Source of the DNA: a virus
DNA length: 64,000 nucleotides
Strand: one strand, 5' to 3'
IMG/VR virus record: IMGVR_UViG_3300018080_000002
Coordinates: 32,001-96,000 of that record
Shown: piece after piece, positions 43,619 to 51,983 of the stretch
How positions within the stretch are numbered: position 1 is the stretch's first letter
How the letters are laid out: every line of letters starts with the position of its first letter
Notes under the pieces: generated by a model
What the model saw: only the letters and a program-made list of their open reading frames with translations
Told to the model about the DNA's origin: nothing
Databases searched by the model: none
Program-made: the position numbers and the translations under genes

Positions 43619-45571
43619 ATGAAAAAGATATTATTTTTGATTTTTATTTTGGTGTTGGGGTGTGCTGCATCTTGGAAAATCACAGAGCAGACAGCGACAA
43701 GGATTGTGATGGAGCTGGTGGAAGATCCAGTTGATCCTACTCCGATACCTCCTGTCGAAGATCCTGTGGAGGTTCCTGCTGATGGTAATGCTTGGTTAAT
43801 GGGGTATTATGTCGGGTATCAGAGAGGTCTATATCCACCGGAAAAGGTAGATTTTACCAGTATCACGCATTTGATGGTTGGTAGAGTTGTGCCAAAGGCT
43901 GACGGGACATTAACTACGGATCTGGATATCGATGATACGAATGGACCAGCTTTGGCGAAATCGCTGGCGGGTTTGGCGCATAAAAATTTAAGAAAAGCCA
44001 TTCTTATGATTGGTGGTGATGGTGCTCACTCTGGTTGGGTTGGGTCAGCCAGTTCAGCAAACAGATCTAAGTTTGTGGATAACCTGTTATCGGTTATGGA
44101 TGCCTGGGGATATGATGGTTTAGATTTGGATTGGGAGCCTATTCTGGATTATGATAAGCCAGACTTGTTAGCATTGATAAAAGAGCTTAGGGCAAAAAGA
44201 CCGAATATGATTTTGACGATCCCTGTCGGTTGGGTTAATGCCAACCTTAAAAATGCTGATCCATGGTTGAAAAATATAGAACCATATGTTGATCGCATAA
44301 ACGTTATGTCATATTTGATGGGTGGTCCTTGGAGCGGTTGGCTGAGTTGGCATTCATCGGCATTGTCCGGTCATGGTGCTCAATATCCTAGTTCTATCGA
44401 GGTATCTGCTGAAGGATATCGATCTGTGGGGATACCAGCGGGGAAAATAGGTATTGGAGTGGGTTTTTTTGGCGTATGTTGGAAAGGTGTGACTGGTCCT
44501 AAACAATCTACATCTGGAGCATCGATAGTCGCCAGTGACAATACGATGAGCTATCGAAATATCCTTGCAAGTTATTTGGTTGAATCTGCATATAAATGGG
44601 ATTCAACAGCTTATGTTCCATATCTTTCATATCCGAACGGATACGGTCCTCTGGGATGTAATTTTATCTCGGCAGAGGATGAATCATCAGTATCACGCAA
44701 AGGGGAATATGTTCGAGTAAATGGTCTTGGAGGAGCTATTGTTTGGACTGTTAATCAGGGGTATTTGCCAGATAAGGATGATAATCCACTGTTGGTTTCA
44801 TTAGCAAACGGGATGTTTGTCGATAGCCAGCCTTTACCGATTCCTGTTCCGACTCCTGATGTTGGACAGGATATTAGCGGGAATATTAGTGGCATTTTTG
44901 AGGTTAGCAAATCTCCATATAATGTTGTTGGTGATGTCCATGTACCTAAAGGAAAAACTTTGATTATCGAGCCAGGAGTTAAGCTGATTTTTAAGGGTCA
45001 TTATAAAATGACGGTTGAAGGTATTTTGGTTTCTAAGGGAACATCTCAATTGCCTATTATTTTCACGGCAGATGATACTGCTGAGGGGTGGAATGGTTTG
45101 AGATGGCAAACTGGTACTGGGCATGATACGACAGGTTTAAATATTATTAAACATACTGTCTTTGAATATGGGAACAAAACTAAAGTGGTTATTAACGGTT
45201 CATATAAAGAAAATCGTGCTGGAGCGTTATTTGTATATGGAGTAGAAAATATTCAGATTGAGGACAATGTTTTTAGATATAACAGATCAAACGACAAATG
45301 CGGTGCAGTTATGATGCTGGCCATAGACGCTCCTATTTCTTTTAAAAATAATTCTTTTGAGGGTAACGAATCTTATCAGCATGGGGGAGCATTATGTTTT
45401 ACCCATGGCAAGTATCAAGATTTGTACGGCGGGTCATTTCAGAATAATAAATCGGCAAAAAATTATGGTGCAATTTATGTTTATGATACGAAGGTGACTC
45501 TTCATAATGTAGGGTTTTCAGGGAACATACCGAATAATTATAATACGAATGCAGTTAGTATTGCTGATTGA
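43619..45571 (+). CDS. GH18 chitinase-like lipoprotein with a C-terminal beta-helix domain
   Basis: Lipobox VLGC; catalytic YDGLDLDWE; NVMSY; GLGGAIVW; parallel beta-helix repeats. Confidence 0.85.
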   Translation: MKKILFLIFILVLGCAASWKITEQTATRIVMELVEDPVDPTPIPPVEDPVEVPADGNAWLMGYYVGYQRGLYPPEKVDFTSITHLMVGRVVPKADGTLTTDLDIDDTNGPALAKSLAGLAHKNLRKAILMIGGDGAHSGWVGSASSANRSKFVDNLLSVMDAWGYDGLDLDWEPILDYDKPDLLALIKELRAKRPNMILTIPVGWVNANLKNADPWLKNIEPYVDRINVMSYLMGGPWSGWLSWHSSALSGHGAQYPSSIEVSAEGYRSVGIPAGKIGIGVGFFGVCWKGVTGPKQSTSGASIVASDNTMSYRNILASYLVESAYKWDSTAYVPYLSYPNGYGPLGCNFISAEDESSVSRKGEYVRVNGLGGAIVWTVNQGYLPDKDDNPLLVSLANGMFVDSQPLPIPVPTPDVGQDISGNISGIFEVSKSPYNVVGDVHVPKGKTLIIEPGVKLIFKGHYKMTVEGILVSKGTSQLPIIFTADDTAEGWNGLRWQTGTGHDTTGLNIIKHTVFEYGNKTKVVINGSYKENRAGALFVYGVENIQIEDNVFRYNRSNDKCGAVMMLAIDAPISFKNNSFEGNESYQHGGALCFTHGKYQDLYGGSFQNNKSAKNYGAIYVYDTKVTLHNVGFSGNIPNNYNTNAVSIAD

Positions 45572-45589
45572 TGTTTGGAGTAAAGGGTC

Positions 45590-45775
45590 ATGGTTGACTT
45601 GATAAAATATGAAGATGAGAGTGATTGGGATGCGTTTACAGAGTGCATGTGTCTGGATATTGTCGAAGAGGGTGATTTTAGAGATTACCTTTTAGATAAC
45701 GGTTATACCGTTGATAGTTTGACTCTTAGTGAATTGGAAGTTTTGTATAAAGAGTTTGATAATGACGGATTTTAA
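45590..45775 (+). CDS. Hypothetical acidic protein
   Basis: Packed ORF with RBS. Confidence 0.5.
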   Translation: MVDLIKYEDESDWDAFTECMCLDIVEEGDFRDYLLDNGYTVDSLTLSELEVLYKEFDNDGF

Positions 45776-45787
45776 AAGGAGATCGTA

Positions 45788-46210
45788 ATGAGTGTAAAAG
45801 TTTTGATCCTTAAAGGATTACCTGGTAGCGGTAAGAGTGCTTATGCAAAAGAACTAATGGATAAGGAAAAGGATTGGGTTAGGGTCAGCAGGGACAATCT
45901 CAGGGATATGCTTTATTTTAAGGATTTTCACTGGGCAAAAGAGAAAATGCTGGTCAGGATCATGAAAGAAATAATTGTTGATCTTGTGAGAATCGGCAAA
46001 AATGTCATTGTTGATAATACTCATTTAGATCCAAGTCATATAGAAATTGTTCATGATGCTTTGGTTTATAGTGGTGTGGATACAGATGTCGAAATTAAGT
46101 TTATTGACACACCCTTAGATGAATGTATAGCTAGGGATAGTTTGAGATCTGATTCTGTTGGTGAAACGGTTATTAGAAAAATGTACGAGAAATGGCTTGA
46201 AGAGAAATAA
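45788..46210 (+). CDS. Polynucleotide kinase-like P-loop kinase (T4 Pnk kinase domain/AAA_33)
   Basis: GLPGSGKS, RVSRD.LR, VIVDNTHL, ECIARD..R...VGE.VIRKM. Confidence 0.8.
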   Translation: MSVKVLILKGLPGSGKSAYAKELMDKEKDWVRVSRDNLRDMLYFKDFHWAKEKMLVRIMKEIIVDLVRIGKNVIVDNTHLDPSHIEIVHDALVYSGVDTDVEIKFIDTPLDECIARDSLRSDSVGETVIRKMYEKWLEEK

Positions 46211-46353
46211 ATACCATAAGTTAGCACATGAAAAGATATTGAGTAGAGGTCGTCTTATTGTTAGATGTAACATAGATAACTGTGGTGCTTGTTCTTATAT
46301 CCAAGATGCTTATAGAGTGCGTTTTTTAAAAAATAATAGTTGGAGTAAGAAAT

Positions 46354-46566
46354 ATGTTATCGTCAGGCGTAAAGGTACTATTGTTGATCGGATTATTCAG
46401 TTTTTTAACAGGCTGTGGTAGGTGTCAGAGGACGATTACTCATTGGACGGGTGATTTGACATACAAATGTTCTAAAGGTGGAGCTGAGTATGTTCAATCA
46501 GACAGCGGTATCGCGGTTCATGTGAATCCTGATACTGGATTGCCATATCATTGCACTGGAAGATAG
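46354..46566 (+). CDS. Small lipoprotein
   Basis: LLLIGLFSFLTGC lipobox. Confidence 0.55.
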   Translation: MLSSGVKVLLLIGLFSFLTGCGRCQRTITHWTGDLTYKCSKGGAEYVQSDSGIAVHVNPDTGLPYHCTGR

Positions 46567-46571
46567 ATTTT

Positions 46572-46700
46572 TATGGGGATAGCGGTTACATCTGGTAACA
46601 GGTGTTGACAGGAGTGAGCGAGGTGCCTTGGCTAGACCGATCGGGCAATGGCCGAAAGTCCTAAAGAGCATCGATTGGAACCCGTACTGATCTCTCATTA
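46572..46700 (+). ncRNA. Candidate structured ncRNA (~125 nt)
   Basis: GC-rich intergenic block; ACATCTG-GTAA-CAGGTGT GNRA hairpin; GGTGC/GCATC; complementary ends. Confidence 0.4.
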
Positions 46701-46987
46701 TCCATTAGGTTTTGATGCAGATTGGTTGATGCTCCTATCCCCTCCCCTTAAAATACGAAAGCGCATTCGTTTTTTTCCAAGGAGGTTATTATTTCGAGTT
46801 GTATATATTGTGATGGTGGAGATGTAATTGTCTCGACTAGCACTCGTAGGGGTGCGTATAAAGGAATTGAGGTTGATCATAAATATGAATACTTTGAGTG
46901 TTTGTCGTGTGGTAAAACGTTTCAAACGATAAAACAGAAAGCTCAAGAGATTGCTGAAATACAGGAACAGATTAGGAAGAAAGATCG

Positions 46988-47797
46988 ATGAATATTATAG
47001 GTGACGTGCATGGTGAGTATGATGCTTTAGTAAAGCTGGCAAAGAAAATGCCAGACGATGAGTTTATATCAGTAGGAGACATGATTGATAGAGGTGCAAA
47101 ATCCAAAGAGGTCATGGATTTTTTCAGAAAAAACGGCAGAGCGGTCCTGGGCAACCATGAACATCAGTTATTGGATCTTTGGAATAAGGGTGATTATTAT
47201 GATTGTTTGATTTGGGGTGCGTTTAACGGTGGTTTTAAGACGCTTACAAGCATGATTTCATTTGTGGATGACATAAAGAGAGTGGTGTCCTGGAATAATG
47301 AGGTTTTATTTACAGTTAAGTATGGAAAGATGTTTGTCGAAGAGGGAATATTGGATGATATGATTGAGGGGTTTTCTAAAGATATTTGTGATCTTGTAAA
47401 GGAGATGATCCCAAAAGATTACATTGATTGGTTGCAATCGTTGCCATTGTATATCGATGAGGATGGTGTTTTCATTTCTCATGCTGCAAAGAATCCAGAG
47501 CTACAATTAGAGGATGTCTGCGATCTCAGGTATGGTCCTAACAATGAATATGCGATAGAGGATTTACCTCATAAATTAAAGCCTAAAGGATCGTATAACG
47601 ATAATATATTGTGGAATACTGGAAACCCTAGACGGATGAAAGACAAATATCAGGTGCATGGTCATAAGAGACAGACGAGTCCTTGGAAATATATGGATCA
47701 GTTTGGAGAGTTTGGCATCAATATCGATACCGTCCCTCAGATGCTTACAGGAATCCATCTGCCATCAAAAAAAGTGTATCAGGAGGAGATTGGATGA
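46988..47797 (+). CDS. Calcineurin-like metallophosphoesterase (PPP/ApaH family)
   Basis: GDVHG, GDMIDRG, GNHE, SHA, VHGH, NIDT. Confidence 0.88.
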   Translation: MNIIGDVHGEYDALVKLAKKMPDDEFISVGDMIDRGAKSKEVMDFFRKNGRAVLGNHEHQLLDLWNKGDYYDCLIWGAFNGGFKTLTSMISFVDDIKRVVSWNNEVLFTVKYGKMFVEEGILDDMIEGFSKDICDLVKEMIPKDYIDWLQSLPLYIDEDGVFISHAAKNPELQLEDVCDLRYGPNNEYAIEDLPHKLKPKGSYNDNILWNTGNPRRMKDKYQVHGHKRQTSPWKYMDQFGEFGINIDTVPQMLTGIHLPSKKVYQEEIG

Positions 47798-47855
47798 CGT
47801 TGTCAAGAAAAAAATGTATTCTGGTATTAATAGATACTAGGTATGGGGTTTAATT

Positions 47856-48878
47856 ATGGAAATCATTAAGAAACGTTTGAAAATGATTGAACAGGCTTTA
47901 TATGAGGGTGGTATGCCCAAAGTGCCTAAAGAGATGATAAAGCCTGTAATGGACTGGGTAAAATCTGTTCATAAGTTTGGAGTTAGTAAAACAAAGACTT
48001 TTAGGTTCCCGAAGGGAATTAAGATTTATGGAAAAGAGACAGGACAGCCGATTGAGATAAAAGTCATATTGAAACCGTTCCAAACGAGAGAGGGTTCGTG
48101 GAGTGTATATGGCGGAAAGTTACAGTTAAATTCTGAGGCATCGATCGAAGAAATTGAGACGACTTTGTATCATGAACTTATTCATTTCATGCAGTCCTGG
48201 GATAAGAGGAATATCGGGGTTCCAAAGTCTAGGTCTGTTATAGTAAAGGGTGCGAAGTTCAAGAGTGAGAGAGAACGCGGATATATTTCATGGTTAGCAA
48301 ATCCGTATGAGTATAAGACGTTTTTGGCTGATAAGATAAACGGTTTGAGTAAGCATATTTTAAGTCTGGCAAGTAGGGATCAAGGTGTTGATGTTCAAGA
48401 CATGATAAGAGGTGTCGTAAAGAATTTTATGGACAAGAATGAGAATTATAAAAGACTTGATTCTAAAACTAGACGAGTATTTGCTACTGACTTAACGGTA
48501 GGCTTGAACAAAGATCCAAGGATCAAGAATCTTATCAATAGGCGAAAAGGTCAGCAGGATGTTGATGTTGATTCGATCAAAAAATCTCTTAGATCTGTAG
48601 CTAAGAGGACAGGTTTAGATATTTTTATGCCGAAAGCAGGAAAAGAGTTAAGCCAAGGTGGTGAGGAGAAACAATTATGGATTCAAGGCGATAATCCGAA
48701 GGACGTTGTTCATGTATTTAACTTGCTACGAAAGAGATACGGCACTGAGCTTGGTTTGGATTATATGGTGGATAAGGGAAAGCCAACCGTCAGGGTTTTC
48801 TATGATCAGAGTGAGTTAAGAAAATTTAGAGAGATGGTTAAATTTTTAGGAAAAATAGATAGGGTAGGTAAATTGTAA
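47856..48878 (+). CDS. Zincin-like (HExxH) protein, possibly virion-packaged
   Basis: TLYHELIHFMQ...P.E. Confidence 0.55.
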   Translation: MEIIKKRLKMIEQALYEGGMPKVPKEMIKPVMDWVKSVHKFGVSKTKTFRFPKGIKIYGKETGQPIEIKVILKPFQTREGSWSVYGGKLQLNSEASIEEIETTLYHELIHFMQSWDKRNIGVPKSRSVIVKGAKFKSERERGYISWLANPYEYKTFLADKINGLSKHILSLASRDQGVDVQDMIRGVVKNFMDKNENYKRLDSKTRRVFATDLTVGLNKDPRIKNLINRRKGQQDVDVDSIKKSLRSVAKRTGLDIFMPKAGKELSQGGEEKQLWIQGDNPKDVVHVFNLLRKRYGTELGLDYMVDKGKPTVRVFYDQSELRKFREMVKFLGKIDRVGKL

Positions 48879-49654
48879 TGAAGGTAAAGTTTCTTGGCGT
48901 AGGATCTGCGTTTTATCCAGATCTAGGTAATACGAGTATTTTGATCAACGATAGGGTGCTTATTGATTGCGGTTCAACAGTACCAGCCGAATTGATGAGA
49001 TTGAAAAAAATTGAAGAGATCACTGACATCATCATTACTCATCTCCATTCCGATCATGTTGGTGGTTTAGAATTACTTGGTCAGATTTATTATTATGCTT
49101 TAAAAAAGAGACCTCGTTTATGGCTTACAGAAACCATGAGGAGGGATCTTTGGGAAAAGGTGCTGAGAGGTGGTTTAGAGTATTCTGTGTCACCAGTCGG
49201 CTCTATCCTCAAATGTGAGCTAGAGACTTATTTTAACTTAGAGTGGGGGATTACTCCGAAACCTGGTGTTGTTGGTTGTTATGAAGTCAATACTCCAGAC
49301 GTCAGCATTATGTTAGAGTTGACGGAGCATGTCCCAGGAATGGAATCATATTCGATGATCACAGATGACGGGGTAATTTATTCCTCAGACATCAAACATT
49401 GTCTGTATGATCAGGGGTATGCGATCGAAGAGTTTGACGGATTGAAAGCAATATTTCATGATTGTAGTCTGGTTGATTTGGGGGTTCAAAACGTCCATCC
49501 GTATATCGAGAGTTTGTTAGAGGGTATTCCAGAGGAATATCGGGGAATTACGTGGTTCGTACATTATGGGAATCAATATAAGGACTGGGAAGAAAAGATT
49601 CAGCCTTTAGGGTTTCCAGGGTTTGTTAGAAAAGGCCAGGATTTTATTTTTTGA
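48878..49654 (+). CDS. Metallo-beta-lactamase-fold hydrolase (RNase Z/BN-like)
   Basis: FLGVGSA, LIDCG, THLHSDHVGG, HV, YSSD, FHDC, VHY. Confidence 0.78.
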   Translation: MKVKFLGVGSAFYPDLGNTSILINDRVLIDCGSTVPAELMRLKKIEEITDIIITHLHSDHVGGLELLGQIYYYALKKRPRLWLTETMRRDLWEKVLRGGLEYSVSPVGSILKCELETYFNLEWGITPKPGVVGCYEVNTPDVSIMLELTEHVPGMESYSMITDDGVIYSSDIKHCLYDQGYAIEEFDGLKAIFHDCSLVDLGVQNVHPYIESLLEGIPEEYRGITWFVHYGNQYKDWEEKIQPLGFPGFVRKGQDFIF

Positions 49655-49664
49655 GGAGTACGAG

Positions 49665-49862
49665 ATGCAAATTTTGATCAAAAAAGATGGTGTTCATCTG
49701 TATATCGAACATGCTGGAAACAACGTTATCAAGTTCACAGTCGGCAAGCTGGCAGACAAGGATTATGATGGAAAGCCGGATTTATATACGGTTGCTTTAA
49801 AGCAAGAGGAGTTGGAAAAGGCGGTTCGATTTGTGGTTGGAGAGGGGTCTTCAATTAGTTGA
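49665..49862 (+). CDS. Hypothetical protein
   Basis: GAGGAG RBS. Confidence 0.5.
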   Translation: MQILIKKDGVHLYIEHAGNNVIKFTVGKLADKDYDGKPDLYTVALKQEELEKAVRFVVGEGSSIS

Positions 49863-51880
49863 TGACGTTTTTGTTAATATGCTTGGTGAATTTTCATATG
49901 ATAAAACAAGAGGGTTTAAGACATCGTAGCTATTATACAGCGAAAGAATATCAGCTCTCATTAAAAGACGACCTTGAGACGTTGGATGATGATGAGATGG
50001 ATTTCGTCTTTCAGATGTTTGACGATAAGTTTGCTCAGGATATGGAGACGATTGAATATAAGACTATTCCTGTCGATATGGAAACGTTTTTGTTAGATCC
50101 GTATTATCTTGGCATTGTCGGGAAAACGTTGTTTCCGGCATGGTTGGACGATCTCATAGAGCTGTTTAGCGGGGAATATCACGAAGCTATTATTGGCGGT
50201 GCGATAGGTACTGGGAAATCTACATTTGCCCATGTGGCAGTTATCCGTATGCTGTACGAGGCTAGTTGTTTGGCCAATCCTCAAGCTTCGTATGGCATCA
50301 TGGATGGCACTCCTATATGCTTTGCGAATGTCGGTGTGAGTAAGACCAATGCTGAAAAGGTAGTCTATGAGGGCATTGCTAGTAAGCTGAGGCTATCCGA
50401 ATATTTCATGAACGTCTATCGTCCTGTGAATGCCTCCAAGAAAGAGATTTTATTTTTAGACAACATTCAGATTACGCCAGGTAGTTCTACAGAGTCAGGA
50501 ATTATCGGTATGAATATTTTTGGTGGAATCATGGATGAATCTAATTTTATGGATGATAGAGCTAAAAAAGGTACTAAGCAAAATATTGCATTAAACATGT
50601 ATGCTGCAATCCAAAGGCGTATGAAATCTCGATTTATGCAACAGGGCAAACTTCCAGGGATTTTGATGTTAATTTCGTCTAAACGAACACAAGATGATTT
50701 TACAGAGCAGCGGATTAGAGGAGCAATTGGCGATAAGCATGTGTTTGTGCGAGATTATTCCCAATGGGGGACGAGAAAACGATCGGTTTTTTCTCCAAGA
50801 TCATTCAAGGTATTGATAGGGAATGATAGGCTCCAGTCTAAAATTATAAAGGATGATAAAGAGATTGAGGAAATAAAATCCAAGTCTTATGATGATGAGG
50901 TTCATATAATTGATGTGCCTGAAGATTATAGGCTAGATTTTGAAAATGATTTAACTGGTGCGATTCGAGATATAGCAGGAATCTCAACAGAGGCTATTAG
51001 CAATTTTCTCCAAAATAGAGAAAAGATTTTTGAGATGATAAATAAAAGCAGATCTCATCCTTTTAGTGTCGAGTCGTTTGATATGAGTAAGCCGGGGGGT
51101 TTTCTTTGGGAAAAGCTTTGTCATAAGGTATATGACGAGAAAGATCCCAAGAAATTTGAATGGCGTCCTTGGTTGAATCCTCAAGCGGTTAGACATATCC
51201 ATATTGACCCTAGTTTGTCGACTGATTCCACTGGATTTGCTATGGGTCATATCTCTCATATGACTGAGGTGATCAGAAAGAGGCGTGATGAGGATGGTCG
51301 AGAGGTTATTTATAAGGAGGTTGCTCCATTTGTAGTCATTGATTTTGTTTTAGAGATAGTGCCTCCTCTGGGTGAGGAAATAATGCTAGGGAATGTGCGT
51401 CAGTTGGTCTATGATCTCTCGGCACATGGATTCCCGATTAGGTTGATAACGATGGACTCATTTCAATCTGCTGACTCTAAGCAGCAGTTTATGAATAAAG
51501 GTTATAGGGCTGAAATTTTGTCTTTAGATATAAGCCCTGAGCCATATCAAAATGTTAAACTTGCTATTTATGAAAATAGAGTTGACTGTTATTATTATAA
51601 GAAATTGATTGATGAGCTAAAGACATTAGAGAAAGATAATACGACCGGAAAAGTGGACCATATGGCAACTAAAAGCAAAGATGTTTCGGATGCTTTTGGT
51701 GGAGTTATCCATTCGTTGACGACGATGGTTAAGTATCCTGCGCCTCCGATGGAAAGGGGTATCAGTGAATCAACGGAGTCTGATGACGAAGGGGATCGAT
51801 GGATTTTACAAGGTAGACATGCCGAGTTTGACAAGGCTGGGAACAAGACTGAATTACCCCTACCGTTTTTAAAGGGATAG
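49859..51880 (+). CDS. Terminase large subunit
   Basis: Walker A GAIGTGKS, Walker B GIMDE, motif III ISS, nuclease HIDPS..D, DH...SKDVSDA; lies directly before the portal. Confidence 0.85.
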   Translation: MMTFLLICLVNFHMIKQEGLRHRSYYTAKEYQLSLKDDLETLDDDEMDFVFQMFDDKFAQDMETIEYKTIPVDMETFLLDPYYLGIVGKTLFPAWLDDLIELFSGEYHEAIIGGAIGTGKSTFAHVAVIRMLYEASCLANPQASYGIMDGTPICFANVGVSKTNAEKVVYEGIASKLRLSEYFMNVYRPVNASKKEILFLDNIQITPGSSTESGIIGMNIFGGIMDESNFMDDRAKKGTKQNIALNMYAAIQRRMKSRFMQQGKLPGILMLISSKRTQDDFTEQRIRGAIGDKHVFVRDYSQWGTRKRSVFSPRSFKVLIGNDRLQSKIIKDDKEIEEIKSKSYDDEVHIIDVPEDYRLDFENDLTGAIRDIAGISTEAISNFLQNREKIFEMINKSRSHPFSVESFDMSKPGGFLWEKLCHKVYDEKDPKKFEWRPWLNPQAVRHIHIDPSLSTDSTGFAMGHISHMTEVIRKRRDEDGREVIYKEVAPFVVIDFVLEIVPPLGEEIMLGNVRQLVYDLSAHGFPIRLITMDSFQSADSKQQFMNKGYRAEILSLDISPEPYQNVKLAIYENRVDCYYYKKLIDELKTLEKDNTTGKVDHMATKSKDVSDAFGGVIHSLTTMVKYPAPPMERGISESTESDDEGDRWILQGRHAEFDKAGNKTELPLPFLKG

Positions 51881-51983
51881 TTATTTGATTTCATTGTGTG
51901 TTATGATTTGTTATTGATAATCAATTGTCTGCTTTTCATTTTTCCGTAATCGAAAATTTGTTGATGAACATATATTAGTAGGA

